DNA from: a virus
Taxonomy: Duplodnaviria > Caudoviricetes
DNA length: 58,531 nt
Direction: 5' to 3' (one strand)
Virus record (IMG/VR): IMGVR_UViG_3300032297_000473
Location: 1 to 58,531 of that record
Part shown: positions 1-10,567 of the stretch, one piece after another
Layout of the letters: every line of letters begins with the position of its first letter
How positions within the stretch are numbered: position 1 is the first letter of the stretch
The notes under the pieces: generated by a model
The model's database searches: none
Seen by the model: only the letters and a program-made list of their open reading frames with translations
What the model was told of the DNA's origin: nothing
Position numbers and translations under genes: made by a program

Positions 1-378
1 ATGTCGGGTGTAACATTTGTAAATGCAGATGGCACAACAGCAAAAACAGTATTTACTGCTGGTTCAAATGATAGCGATGTAAAGGGTATATGGGCCACAA
101 CAGATGATACTTCTGCTGTAAATTTAAAATTGTTTTTATACAACGGAGTTACAAGTTATTTACTAGGTTGTGTAAATATTCCTACATTGTCTGGAACAAA
201 TGGAACAGCGGCAACCGTTAATTTGTTAAATAGTGCATATTTACCGGGATTATTACTAGATGCGTCTGGAAAAAATTATATTCCGTTGAAAACCGGATGG
301 AGCATAACCGTTGCTCCATTAGTTAGTATCACATCAACAAAAACATGCTGGATTTCTGCTGCTGGACATGATTATTAA
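1..378 (+). CDS. hypothetical virion-associated protein (may be 5'-truncated at window edge)
   Basis: ORF starts at base 1; beta-rich T/S/G composition; lies upstream of structural genes. Confidence 0.55.
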   Translation: MSGVTFVNADGTTAKTVFTAGSNDSDVKGIWATTDDTSAVNLKLFLYNGVTSYLLGCVNIPTLSGTNGTAATVNLLNSAYLPGLLLDASGKNYIPLKTGWSITVAPLVSITSTKTCWISAAGHDY

Positions 379-381
379 AAT

Positions 382-828
382 ATGCAGTTTATATTTCCAA
401 AACGCCCACTTGGACAAACTAAAATAAATAATTTTAGTAATCTCGTATATCCAAATATAGGATCGGTGTTTAATATCCGTATAGTCGCAGGAAGTATAAA
501 TGTAAGCACTTGCGGACTATCAACACTATTGGGTGAAACCAATTTACAGTCACTTGATATAGGCACATGTGGACTTTCTATAGAATTGGGTGAAACAAAT
601 TTACAATCATTGGATGTAAGTACATGTGCATTGTTAACTATGTTAGGTGAAACAAATTTACAATCATTGGATGTAAGTACATGTGGATTGTTAACTATGT
701 TAGGTGAAACAAATTTACAATCATTGGATGTAAGTACATGTGGATTTTTAATAATTTTAGGAGAAACAAATTTACAATCATTGGATGTAAGTACATGTGG
801 ATTTTTAATAATTTTAGGAGAAACATAA
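382..828 (+). CDS. 19-aa tandem-repeat protein (GETNLQSLDVSTCGxxxxL)
   Basis: ORF tightly packed between neighbours; C-terminal two thirds are in-frame 57-bp repeats. Confidence 0.6.
   Translation: MQFIFPKRPLGQTKINNFSNLVYPNIGSVFNIRIVAGSINVSTCGLSTLLGETNLQSLDIGTCGLSIELGETNLQSLDVSTCALLTMLGETNLQSLDVSTCGLLTMLGETNLQSLDVSTCGFLIILGETNLQSLDVSTCGFLIILGET
502..825 (+). repeat. 57-bp coding tandem repeat, about 5.5 copies
   Basis: Unit core gaaacaaatttacaatcattggatgtaagtacatgtg recurs every 57 nt; last two units identical. Confidence 0.9.
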
Positions 829-832
829 ATTT

Positions 833-2059
833 ATGGCACGATTAGTTTTTTTAGGATTTGATTATGTTTGGGACGGAACGATACCTCAAAGTGTAAGTTA
901 CATACCGACACTTCCACCCGGAGTTAGATATGTTAGTCCATCATCGGATACTACATTTTACACGCCACTTCAAGCATATGTAGCGAGTTTGGGGAGTTAT
1001 TTATATAATACTTTAGCTGGATATAATTTAAACTCTTCAGCATTGGGCGGCGCGGGTGGCGGCGGTGTCTTAGGAGGAAGTTCTTTAGCAGGTAGTGGTG
1101 TTAATTCTGTGGCAATTTCTTCTTCACTTTTATCTAATAATCGTACATTATATATACATGCACATTGGGCAGGACAAACACTATACACTATAAGCGGGTC
1201 ATCATTTATAAACAAAGAAGCGCGATATCAAATATTTAAATGGGGCGATCTCGCTTTGCGGATAAATTCCGTCGTCAATACAAATAATTCACCTGTTCAG
1301 GGAACTTATATATTCGACATGATGAACGGAGAAACCGTATTAGGATCAATTACAAAAGCAAATTATTTAAGTTTGCAATGGTCAAATATAAAAATCAAAG
1401 CAGCACTACATGATACAACAGGTTCATTTTATGTAAATATTGACGGCACCACTGGAAGTTTTGAAAACATTAATACAGTTGCTACAACTTCATTTGCATC
1501 AATTAGCAATTTATATATGGGTGCTGGATATGTTGGTTCTGCCGCAGCATCTTCTGGTAGTAGCGTTATTATTGGGTGGCCTTTATTAGATGATGTTTTA
1601 ATAAATGATACTGCGTTTGAAACAACCAAACCATACGGTAGAAGACTTTCATTGACAGCTGATTCAACTACAAGTGGATGGACTGCGGTCGGAGCATCCA
1701 CAATATTTGGCGCATTGACTGGATCTGGATATGCCAGAGGCACAAATAATGGATCATATACTACAATAGTTCCAAATACATTTACCACAACGAGTTTAAC
1801 TAATGTAATAGGATATCAAATAGTACCGGGAACTGTAAGTAATGTAGATGTTGATTTTAATAGAAAATTAAAAGTTGGTATTGACGATGGATTGGGAAAT
1901 GTTGTATATGATCCTTATATTCAAACATTAGAACTACCAACAACTAGTAGTTATTTGCATCCTCAAACGGCTACTTTATTTTATTCAACGGGCACAACTG
2001 ACTTTGATATTACAAAATCTGCTGCTGCGCAATACAAATTAAGATTGGAAGTTATATAA
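833..2059 (+). CDS. putative virion structural protein (beta-sandwich/lectin-like)
   Basis: 408 aa, S/T/G-rich, immediately upstream of sheath; no clear family. Confidence 0.5.
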   Translation: MARLVFLGFDYVWDGTIPQSVSYIPTLPPGVRYVSPSSDTTFYTPLQAYVASLGSYLYNTLAGYNLNSSALGGAGGGGVLGGSSLAGSGVNSVAISSSLLSNNRTLYIHAHWAGQTLYTISGSSFINKEARYQIFKWGDLALRINSVVNTNNSPVQGTYIFDMMNGETVLGSITKANYLSLQWSNIKIKAALHDTTGSFYVNIDGTTGSFENINTVATTSFASISNLYMGAGYVGSAAASSGSSVIIGWPLLDDVLINDTAFETTKPYGRRLSLTADSTTSGWTAVGASTIFGALTGSGYARGTNNGSYTTIVPNTFTTTSLTNVIGYQIVPGTVSNVDVDFNRKLKVGIDDGLGNVVYDPYIQTLELPTTSSYLHPQTATLFYSTGTTDFDITKSAAAQYKLRLEVI

Positions 2060-2098
2060 AAAAATATATAAATATTAGAATCTTGAATTTTTGACGTA

Positions 2099-2105
2099 TA
2101 TTTAT
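2099..2105 (+). promoter_or_regulatory. putative late promoter TATTTAT (sheath)
   Basis: Same motif found upstream of many structural genes. Confidence 0.6.
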
Positions 2106-2154
2106 ATTTAGTTTAATATAACAAAAAAAACTGATTTGAAAGGAAATTTAATAT

Positions 2155-5100
2155 ATGCCAATTACTGAAGGTGGAAAATTTAGCCCAGAAGATAGAATCG
2201 TTAGTCCCGGTGTGTTTACCCGCGAAAACGATTTGAGCGGCATTGCTCAAGGAGTCGCAGATATTGGCGCAGCAATTGTTGCTCCATTTCCGCAAGGACC
2301 GGGTTTTGCCCCAACATTAGTTACCAGTACTGCTGATTTAGAAGCAAAATTTGGTGTAGCTGATGGTGTTTATTACGGTCCATACACAGCAAAAGAATAT
2401 TTGAAGGAAAAGGGATTCGTAACAGTTGTTCGTGTAGGTGCATTAACCGGATACAACCAAAATAATCCATACGTTATTTGGGCCGAACCGGGTTCATGGG
2501 CACGTAGTGGCAGTGCAGGTGCGTTTAATAGTGCTAGTTCGTATGTTTTGTATGATACCAATGATTTAGCAGCCACCTTTGAATATACAGCATCAAGCAC
2601 AAGTGGATCGTTAACATTTTTAAGTGGAGCATCATTTATTGGTAAGTTTGCAAGTGGCGCAGGTGATGGTATCGTATTAAACTCTAGTTCAGGTAGTGCG
2701 TTATACAACAATAAACAATTTGCATTTTCATTTCCAGCAAATACTACTGCATCATCATTGCGTGTTACAAGCAGCATTCAAGGCGGCGGTGCAAGTGGTA
2801 CTACGAAATTATTACAAGCATTAACTGAAACTGCTGGAGCAAGCGGTAGTGTAAGTGGATCATTTGCAGAGGGAGGTATTACTGTTGTAAACACTGACAA
2901 TGGTATTATTACTGATAGTAGCGCAATTAAATTGATCAGTGGATCATTTACATCATCTGTGGCATCTGGTGGCTGCGGTGTTCAATTGCTTATTAATGGT
3001 ATTATTAGTGGATCTTTCGGTCGATTAACAGGACAATTTAGTGCTGATAACGGCAGTTATGGCGACCCTTGTAGTCCAGTGTCACAAAGCGGTCGTTTGC
3101 CACAAATTTTGGCCGTTTTAGCAGATACACAACACGCAACACTTGACTCAACACTTAGTGCTGCTGGATTCAGTGGCAGTGTGTTAACTTTAGTTACTGC
3201 TTCATCTGGTACATATAGTGGTAGTGTAGATCAAGCTGCATTAAACTTTCAATTACAATTGAAGAGTGATAATAGTACCATAGGTTACTATGATTTCTCA
3301 TTGGACCCAGCAAGCAACAAATATATTACCAATGTATTTGGTACTGATGCAACCGCTGGTAATCCAGCAAAACAAGTTGCAGGAACCAAAATTGAAGCTG
3401 CTTATTTGTATAAATTCTTCGGTAGCAGTGTTCAACGTGTCGCTGCAAAATATTTGACTGACGGTTGGCAAATTCGTGGTGGTACATTCCCAAGTGCTAG
3501 TTTCACAACTGGTAATCCATTGACATTCACCGATTCATATTCATTGAATTTGAATGCTGGTGATAGCAGTTTTGGATTGACGCATGCATATACTCCTTGG
3601 GTAAAGAGTCAAGGTATTGCTCCGTGGAGTGCAGATGGTAGTGCCGCAAATGCAACCAAATTTGAATTGTTTAAAGTTCATACATTGGCAGATGGTACTT
3701 ATACCAATCAAAAATACAAGATTGAAATTAGCAATGTAAAATTGGCTGGCACAGTTGCTGGTAGTGATTGGGGTAGCTTCACATTGGCAGTACGTGACTT
3801 TAGCGACACTGAAAAGAAACCTAAATATTTGGAAATCTTCCAAAATTTGAGTTTGGACCCAGATAGCGCAAACTTTATTGCACGTCGTATTGGTGATCGC
3901 TACAATTATATTACCTATGCAGGTAAGATTATTGAATTTGGTACTTATAGCAACTTGAGTAAATACATTCGTATTGAAATGAGCGAAATTGCTTATCCAG
4001 TAAGCGCAGTACCTTATGGTTTCCAAGCATATACAACTCCAATTGGTAGCACAGCAACTCATTATGTTCCAATTGTTAAATACAGCAAAGCAAGTATTTA
4101 TGGTCAAGCACCGGGCAAATATGCATCCGGCACGGTATTCGGTGATAATCCATTGGGTGCTGATGATGAATTGACTGCATTGTATCCAACAGCAAGTGCT
4201 GGAGTAACTGTAGCAGAAGATACATTACAATATTTTGCTCCAATTCCAGCTATGGGCGCAAATGATAGCAATGGTAAGAATATTGACTTCGACTTGGGCG
4301 ATGTATTGGGTAGCGGTAGTGCTGCTTATATTGCAACAACTGGTAGTTTGTTACCAGCAGCAACAAGTGGTAGTGTTCCATCTGTATACGATGCCGCAAA
4401 TGAATCAAATTATGTCAAGATGCGTAAATTCGTAATCGGTTTCCAAGGTGGATTTGATGGTCAAAGTCCAGCAATTCCAATTAATGTTGGTAGCGATATC
4501 ACAGCAGGCAATACACAAGGTTTGAATTGTACTAACATTAATAGTGGTGGTAGTATTGCTTACAAACAAGTTGTGGGTGCTCTTGGTAATGCGGATGAAT
4601 TTGATATCAACTTGATTGCTACACCGGGTATCTTCCATAGTCAACATAGTTATGTTGCACAATTGGTAATCGATATGTGCGAAGCTCGCGGAGATTGTTT
4701 CTATATTATGGATAACATTATCTTCCCTAAGAGTAATCAAACTGTCGGTATGATTGATGCTGCTGTAAATGATGTTTCAACAATTGATAGCAATTATGTT
4801 GGCACATATTATCCATGGATCAAGATTCTTGATACCAATATGAACAAGATCATCAGTGTTCCACCAAGTGTTATTATGCCAGCAATTTATGCTGCAAATG
4901 ATAATTCAAGTGCCGAATGGTTTGCTCCAGCCGGTTTGAATCGTGGTGGTATTGCACAAGCTGTTCAAGTTCTTGATAGATTGACACACGCTGAACGTGA
5001 TGTGTTGTATGAAGGTCGTGTTAACCCAATCGCAGCATTTCCGGGTCAAGGAATTTGTGTATGGGGTCAAAAGACACTTCAAATCAAACCAAGCGCATTG

Positions 5101-5421
5101 GATCGTATCAATGTTCGTCGCTTGTTGATTGCATTGAAGAAATTTATTGCAAGTTCAAGCAAGTTCTTGGTATTCGAACAAAATGTTGCTGCAACAAGAA
5201 ATCGTTTCTTGAGTATTGTAAATCCATATTTGGAAAGCGTACAACAACGTAGTGGTTTGTATGCATTCCAAGTCAAAATGGATGCTGAAAACAATACACC
5301 AGACTTGATCGATAGAAATGTTCTTTACGGTCAAATCTACTTGCAACCAGCAAAGACTGCTGAATTCATCGTACTTGACTTCAACATCTTGCCAACTGGT
5401 GCTCAATTTCCCGGCGCATAA
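2155..5421 (+). CDS. gp18: tail sheath protein (T4 gp18-like) with large Ser/Gly-rich insertions
   Basis: N-term SPGVFTRENDLS; C-term YYPW, WFAPAGLNRG, VNPI, WGQKTL, DRINVRRLL, AEFIVLDF sheath motifs; AAGGA SD at 2140-2144. Confidence 0.95.
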   Translation: MPITEGGKFSPEDRIVSPGVFTRENDLSGIAQGVADIGAAIVAPFPQGPGFAPTLVTSTADLEAKFGVADGVYYGPYTAKEYLKEKGFVTVVRVGALTGYNQNNPYVIWAEPGSWARSGSAGAFNSASSYVLYDTNDLAATFEYTASSTSGSLTFLSGASFIGKFASGAGDGIVLNSSSGSALYNNKQFAFSFPANTTASSLRVTSSIQGGGASGTTKLLQALTETAGASGSVSGSFAEGGITVVNTDNGIITDSSAIKLISGSFTSSVASGGCGVQLLINGIISGSFGRLTGQFSADNGSYGDPCSPVSQSGRLPQILAVLADTQHATLDSTLSAAGFSGSVLTLVTASSGTYSGSVDQAALNFQLQLKSDNSTIGYYDFSLDPASNKYITNVFGTDATAGNPAKQVAGTKIEAAYLYKFFGSSVQRVAAKYLTDGWQIRGGTFPSASFTTGNPLTFTDSYSLNLNAGDSSFGLTHAYTPWVKSQGIAPWSADGSAANATKFELFKVHTLADGTYTNQKYKIEISNVKLAGTVAGSDWGSFTLAVRDFSDTEKKPKYLEIFQNLSLDPDSANFIARRIGDRYNYITYAGKIIEFGTYSNLSKYIRIEMSEIAYPVSAVPYGFQAYTTPIGSTATHYVPIVKYSKASIYGQAPGKYASGTVFGDNPLGADDELTALYPTASAGVTVAEDTLQYFAPIPAMGANDSNGKNIDFDLGDVLGSGSAAYIATTGSLLPAATSGSVPSVYDAANESNYVKMRKFVIGFQGGFDGQSPAIPINVGSDITAGNTQGLNCTNINSGGSIAYKQVVGALGNADEFDINLIATPGIFHSQHSYVAQLVIDMCEARGDCFYIMDNIIFPKSNQTVGMIDAAVNDVSTIDSNYVGTYYPWIKILDTNMNKIISVPPSVIMPAIYAANDNSSAEWFAPAGLNRGGIAQAVQVLDRLTHAERDVLYEGRVNPIAAFPGQGICVWGQKTLQIKPSALDRINVRRLLIALKKFIASSSKFLVFEQNVAATRNRFLSIVNPYLESVQQRSGLYAFQVKMDAENNTPDLIDRNVLYGQIYLQPAKTAEFIVLDFNILPTGAQFPGA

Positions 5422-5440
5422 TTAGTTCCTAAAAAATCAG

Positions 5441-5471
5441 ACCCTGCTAGAGAAATCTAGCAGGGTTTTTT
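5441..5471 (+). terminator. intrinsic terminator
   Basis: accctgctaga-gaaa-tctagcagggt followed by T run. Confidence 0.9.
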
Positions 5472-5496
5472 ATTGACTTACTATATATTTATATAT

Positions 5497-6261
5497 ATGA
5501 TTCATCTATCTGACCTATTACACGAAACAAAACTACCATCAAGTGAAATTGATATGGATGCTTATGCTCGTAAGTACTTGAAAACAATAGATTATCTAAA
5601 AAATAAGAAGAAAACATTATTACTTACAACTAGCAATAGATGGATACAACACAAAGATGATGTGCCAAAAAGTACTCAATTGGCATTAAAAATAAAAGAA
5701 ACTCTTGGAAGTGATAAAATAGTTCATCTTGATATTCCAAAATTAAATATTTTACCATGTGAAGGTAATGTTAGTAGCAACAAACAATTTGGTGGATATC
5801 ATTGCGGTACAAAAGAATCGGCATTAAAAGATAAAGAAAAAAATCCTACGGGAAATCATCGTTGTTGGTGTAGTTACAACAACAAAAATGATGAATTATG
5901 GAAAGTCAGTAAAGAACTTTTTGAATGTGATGCGGTTGTATTCTTTACAAGCATTAGATGGGGACAAGCCAATAGTTTTTACCAAAAATTAATTGAAAGA
6001 TTAAATTGGCTTGAAAGCCGACATGCTACATTGGGAGAAAGCAATATTGTTAAAAACATTGACGCTGGATTTATTGCAGTTGGTCAAAATTGGAACGGTC
6101 CAAGTGTTGTGAAAACTCAAAAACAAGTTTTTGAGTTTTTTGGATTCAATACTCCAAATGATTTGTTTTGGAATTGGCAATATACAAATGATCCGTGGGA
6201 TGAATCAAAACGTTCATATAATAATGCTTCTGGAGTTTTTAACGAAACATTTAAAATATAA
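5497..6261 (+). CDS. flavodoxin-fold NAD(P)H-dependent FMN reductase / iron-sulfur flavoprotein-like protein with N-terminal MIHLSDLLHE peptide
   Basis: LLLTTSNR..PKSTQLA, LNILPCEG..C..CWC, DAVVFFTSIRWG..QKLIERL motifs; ATG at 5497 preferred to TTG 5473 (TATTTAT at 5486-5492). Confidence 0.7.
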   Translation: MIHLSDLLHETKLPSSEIDMDAYARKYLKTIDYLKNKKKTLLLTTSNRWIQHKDDVPKSTQLALKIKETLGSDKIVHLDIPKLNILPCEGNVSSNKQFGGYHCGTKESALKDKEKNPTGNHRCWCSYNNKNDELWKVSKELFECDAVVFFTSIRWGQANSFYQKLIERLNWLESRHATLGESNIVKNIDAGFIAVGQNWNGPSVVKTQKQVFEFFGFNTPNDLFWNWQYTNDPWDESKRSYNNASGVFNETFKI

Positions 6262-6313
6262 AAAAATTATATAGATATTATTTTATATGTAATAAAGGCT
6301 GTTATAACAATTT

Positions 6314-7003
6314 ATGAAAAAAGCATCAGGAAAGAGTAATTTAAGTATTGTACGTGATTATCTTGAAGGAACAAGACCATTTATTCAAGTGGGATATGAC
6401 GAAAATGTGGCATTGCAAAGTAGAAAAGAAGGAGAAGAATGGGAGGACAGTAATGGTGTCAAATGGATAAAAAAGAATGGTTATAAACATCGTGTAAGCA
6501 AAAAGGCGCAATATGTTTTTGAACAACGTTGTACTGTTTGTAACGCTGACATGAAATGGGGAAATCATCTTGATCAAAAAATATATCCTAAAACACAACG
6601 TTGTTATGAATGCAATATTGAATTCGAATGCATTTTAAGAAGCACTGGTATTTATAATGATTATGAAAAATTTAAGATGATTAACAATGAATTATCAATG
6701 ATGAAGGATTTTAAATCAAAAGTTGTTGACAGTATTGCTTATCTTGAAAATTATACACCACAAAGCAAAAATCCTCAATTTTTTAACGAAGATGGCAGCA
6801 ATGAAATTTGGGTAGATGATACAGATAGACGTGAAATTGTATTGAAAGATTTGAAAGAAGATCTTGATAAAGTCAATAGTGGAATCGCATTAGCAGAAAG
6901 TGAATTGGTTAAATTAAATTATAACGTTGCTCTTGATCCAAATATTAATAAATTAACATTGAAAAAGATACAGGAAAAAGAGGAGAAATTGCAAAATGGC
7001 TGA
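6314..7003 (+). CDS. hypothetical zinc-finger protein upstream of terminase
   Basis: CTVC..CYEC pairs, coiled-coil C-terminus, overlaps terL start. Confidence 0.6.
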   Translation: MKKASGKSNLSIVRDYLEGTRPFIQVGYDENVALQSRKEGEEWEDSNGVKWIKKNGYKHRVSKKAQYVFEQRCTVCNADMKWGNHLDQKIYPKTQRCYECNIEFECILRSTGIYNDYEKFKMINNELSMMKDFKSKVVDSIAYLENYTPQSKNPQFFNEDGSNEIWVDDTDRREIVLKDLKEDLDKVNSGIALAESELVKLNYNVALDPNINKLTLKKIQEKEEKLQNG

Positions 7004-8591
7004 AAAATCATTAAAAGAAATCATCAAAGAAGAGTATAAGAAATGTTTGGTTGATCCAATATATTTCATGAAGAAATATGTGAAGATTCAACATCCTATT
7101 CGCGGCACAATTAATTTTGATTTGTATCCTTTTCAAGAAGAAACATTAAGTGGATTGGTAGAAAATGATTTTAATATCATTTTAAAAAGTCGTCAAATGG
7201 GTATTAGTACATTGGTTGCCGCATATAGTTTGTGGCTAATGGTATTTCATACAGATAAAAATATTCGCTGTATTAGTATTACACAAGAAACAAGTAAAGA
7301 AATCGTTACGCGTGTTAGATTTGCTAATGATAATTTACCAGTTTGGTTGAAAGTACCCGTTGTTGAAAACAATCGTCTTTCTTTGGTATTAAAAAATGGT
7401 AGTACAATTAAGGCAGAAAGTAGTGCAGGTACAGCAGGACGTTCGGCGGCATTGTCATTACTAATTATTGACGAAGCTGCATTTATTGATAATATTGAAG
7501 AAATATGGTTGTCTGCTCAATACACATTGAGTACAGGTGGTCGTGCAATTGTTTTGAGTACACCAAATGGAGTTGGTAATTTCTTTCACAATACATGGGT
7601 TGACGCTGAAGCAAAGAAAAATAACTTTCATACAATTAAGTTGCCGTGGCATCTGCATCCAGAACGTGATCAAAAATGGCGCGATCAACAAACAGCTTTG
7701 AGTGGTGTAAAAGGTTCTGCACAAGAATGTGATTGTGATTTTAGTACTACCGGTAATACTGTAATTGATATTCCTACATTAGATTTTTACAAAAATGAAA
7801 AAGTTAAAGATCCAATAGAAATGCGTGGTATTGATAAAAGTTATTGGGTATGGGAATATCCAGATTATAGTCGCAGTTATATTGTTTGCGCTGACGTTGC
7901 CCGTGGAGATGGAGCCGATTATAGTGCATTTCATGTAATTGATATTGAAAGTTTCACGCAAGTTGCCGAATATCAAGGTCAAATTAATACTAAAGATTAC
8001 GGCAATATGTTGGTTAGTGTTGCAACCGAATACAACAATGCATTGTTGGTAGTTGAAAATGCAAATATTGGATGGGCAGTATTACAGCAAATTATTGATC
8101 GTGGTTATCCTAACACATTTTATAGCAGTGCTGATCTTCAATATGTAGATATTGAACGTCAGATATCAAACAAATTTAATGCTATGGAAAAGAAGATGGT
8201 GCCGGGATTTACTACAACAATGAAGACTCGTCCGTTGATTGTATCTCGTTTGGAAATGTATTTTAGAGAACGTAGCATTGAGGTTCGTTCGACAAGATTG
8301 GTAAACGAATTGAGAACGTTTATTTGGAATGGTAACAAACCAGAAGCATTGCCAAAATATCATGACGATCTTGTAATGTCATTTAGTATTGGTATGTGGG
8401 TACGTGATACTGCATTAAAATTGCGTCAACAAGGTGTTGATATCACTAAGAGTTTGATAAACAACATCAATAAGCTTGGAAATGCAGATCCGATTTATAA
8501 AACCGGAAATTTAACTGCTCAACAAGCATGGGAAATGAATATCGGAAAAACCGGTAATGATAAAAAAGAGTCTTTAAATTGGTTATTATAA
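6996..8591 (+). CDS. terL: terminase large subunit (T4 gp17-like)
   Basis: Walker A KSRQMGIST, Walker B LLIIDEAAFI, STPNG, nuclease ADVARGDGADYS and HDDLVMS. Confidence 0.95.
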   Translation: MAEKSLKEIIKEEYKKCLVDPIYFMKKYVKIQHPIRGTINFDLYPFQEETLSGLVENDFNIILKSRQMGISTLVAAYSLWLMVFHTDKNIRCISITQETSKEIVTRVRFANDNLPVWLKVPVVENNRLSLVLKNGSTIKAESSAGTAGRSAALSLLIIDEAAFIDNIEEIWLSAQYTLSTGGRAIVLSTPNGVGNFFHNTWVDAEAKKNNFHTIKLPWHLHPERDQKWRDQQTALSGVKGSAQECDCDFSTTGNTVIDIPTLDFYKNEKVKDPIEMRGIDKSYWVWEYPDYSRSYIVCADVARGDGADYSAFHVIDIESFTQVAEYQGQINTKDYGNMLVSVATEYNNALLVVENANIGWAVLQQIIDRGYPNTFYSSADLQYVDIERQISNKFNAMEKKMVPGFTTTMKTRPLIVSRLEMYFRERSIEVRSTRLVNELRTFIWNGNKPEALPKYHDDLVMSFSIGMWVRDTALKLRQQGVDITKSLINNINKLGNADPIYKTGNLTAQQAWEMNIGKTGNDKKESLNWLL

Positions 8592-8606
8592 GATATATAT
8601 ACAAAT

Positions 8607-10490
8607 ATGCCTACAGATGAATTCAAAGAGTTGAAACAACGTTCGTTGTTTTCAAAATTAAGAAGATTATTTAGCACCGATGTAATTGTTCGTAATATTG
8701 GTGGTAAAAAACTAAAAGTAGTAGACACCGACGAATTAGCATACGCAACAGATCGTAATACATTACGTGATCGTTTCAATCGTATTCGTACAAGTGCCTA
8801 TAATCAATATAGCCGTGATTTCACACTGAGTTATCAAGCTGCTCGTATTGAATTGTTTCGTGATTACGACACAATGGATATGGACCCTATTATCAGCAGC
8901 GCATTAGATATTTATGCAGACGAGTGTTTAACTCAAAACGAATTGGGTGATATGCTAACAATTCGTAGCACCAATGATAACGTCAAACAAATTCTGCATA
9001 ATTTATTTTATGACATTTTAAATATTGAATTTAATTTGTGGAGTTGGACTCGTAACTTGGTAAAATACGGTGATTTTTACTTGAAAATGTATGTAAGCCC
9101 AGAATTTGGTGTTTACATGGTTGAACCAATTAGTAGCTACAATGTTACCCGTGTAGAAAACAGCGATTTAAATAATGAAAATTATATTAAATTTCAGGTA
9201 AATTTACCTGAAGGTGGCAAAATTGAAGAATTAGAAAATTATCAGGTTGCACATTTTCGTTTGTTGAGTGATAGTAATTTCTTACCTTACGGAAAAGGTA
9301 TTATTGAAGGTGCGCGTCGTGTTTGGAAGCAAGTTAGTTTGATGGAAGACGCAATGTTGATTCATCGTATCATGCGAGCACCTGAAAAACGCATTTACAA
9401 GGTTGATATTGGTAATATTCCTCCAAACGAAGTTGATCAATACATGGAAAAATTGATCAATAAGACTAAAAAGGTTCCTTATATTGATGAAAAGACTGGT
9501 GACTACAATCTTCGTTTCAATTTGTGGAACATGGTTGAAGATATTTATTTGCCTGTTCGTGGCAGTGATAGTGGAACCAGCATTGAGCCATTGAGCGGCA
9601 TGGAATTTACAGGTATTGATGATATTGAATATCTTCGCAACAAAATGATGGCTGCATTAAAGATTCCAAAGGCATTTTTGGGTTATGAAGAAGATTTGAG
9701 CGGCAAAGCTACATTGGCAGCAGAAGACGTTCGTTTTGCACGTACTGTTCAACGTGTTCAAAAATTTATTGTTAGTGAACTAACCAAAATTGCAATTGTT
9801 CATTTGTATTCACAAGGTTATCGTGATGCAGAATTGGTTGATTTTAGTTTGGAATTGACAAATCCATCTACTATTTTTGAAAAAGAAAAGGTTAGTGTCT
9901 GGCAAGAAAAAACCAGTTTGGCAAAAGATATGATTGATGCCAAAATTTATAGTCGTAAATGGATTCACACCACTGTATTCAATACCAGTGAAGATGATAT
10001 TGACACTATTAACAATGATATTGTTGAAGATGCAAAACAAGCATATCGTTTGAAGAAGATTGAAGAAGAAGGTATTGATCCAGCAAAACCATATAACAAA
10101 ATTAATGCCGGTGAAGAAAATGCCGGTGGCGCAACACCTGAACCCGGCGCAGCAGAACCAGAAGCAGCACCAGCAGAAACACCAGCAGAAACACCAGCAC
10201 CACCGGCAGGTGCAGGAGAAGCTCCATTAAAAGAACGTGATCAAACAGATCGTAAAAAGGCATCAAAATATCCATTTGGAGAAGATGTATTGGGTGATGG
10301 AGAAAATCGCCGTCGTTCAAATAAAACAACAACCAAACATCCTATTTCACATGCATACAAAAATAATAGTCCTTTGAGTTTTGAAGGATTGGATATGCAT
10401 CTTCGTGGAGATGGTACAAAATCAATTTTAAATGAAAGTATAGATTCAAAAAAGAAATCATTTTTGGATGAATCTAATATTATTGAGTAA
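8607..10490 (+). CDS. gp20: portal protein (T4 gp20-like)
   Basis: LMEDAMLIHRIMRAPEKRIYKVDIGNIPP, EDIYLPVRG, ALKIPK, EDVRFAR motifs; follows terL. Confidence 0.95.
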   Translation: MPTDEFKELKQRSLFSKLRRLFSTDVIVRNIGGKKLKVVDTDELAYATDRNTLRDRFNRIRTSAYNQYSRDFTLSYQAARIELFRDYDTMDMDPIISSALDIYADECLTQNELGDMLTIRSTNDNVKQILHNLFYDILNIEFNLWSWTRNLVKYGDFYLKMYVSPEFGVYMVEPISSYNVTRVENSDLNNENYIKFQVNLPEGGKIEELENYQVAHFRLLSDSNFLPYGKGIIEGARRVWKQVSLMEDAMLIHRIMRAPEKRIYKVDIGNIPPNEVDQYMEKLINKTKKVPYIDEKTGDYNLRFNLWNMVEDIYLPVRGSDSGTSIEPLSGMEFTGIDDIEYLRNKMMAALKIPKAFLGYEEDLSGKATLAAEDVRFARTVQRVQKFIVSELTKIAIVHLYSQGYRDAELVDFSLELTNPSTIFEKEKVSVWQEKTSLAKDMIDAKIYSRKWIHTTVFNTSEDDIDTINNDIVEDAKQAYRLKKIEEEGIDPAKPYNKINAGEENAGGATPEPGAAEPEAAPAETPAETPAPPAGAGEAPLKERDQTDRKKASKYPFGEDVLGDGENRRRSNKTTTKHPISHAYKNNSPLSFEGLDMHLRGDGTKSILNESIDSKKKSFLDESNIIE

Positions 10491-10567
10491 AGTTAGATAA
10501 ATATCGTATTTAAATCAATTTTACACATTTTTCTCTATATTTATAAAATAACGGAATAGACATTATT

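Noticed and set aside
502-825. 57-bp repeats as a CRISPR array
   Set aside because: Tandem, in-frame coding units without unique spacers; no cas genes
1656-1661. CAGCTG avoidance
   Set aside because: Seemed scarce but a site is present here; cannot be claimed without counting
2067-2074. Canonical T4 late promoter TATAAATA before the sheath
   Set aside because: Isolated occurrence in AT-rich DNA; the recurrent sense-strand motif is TATTTAT
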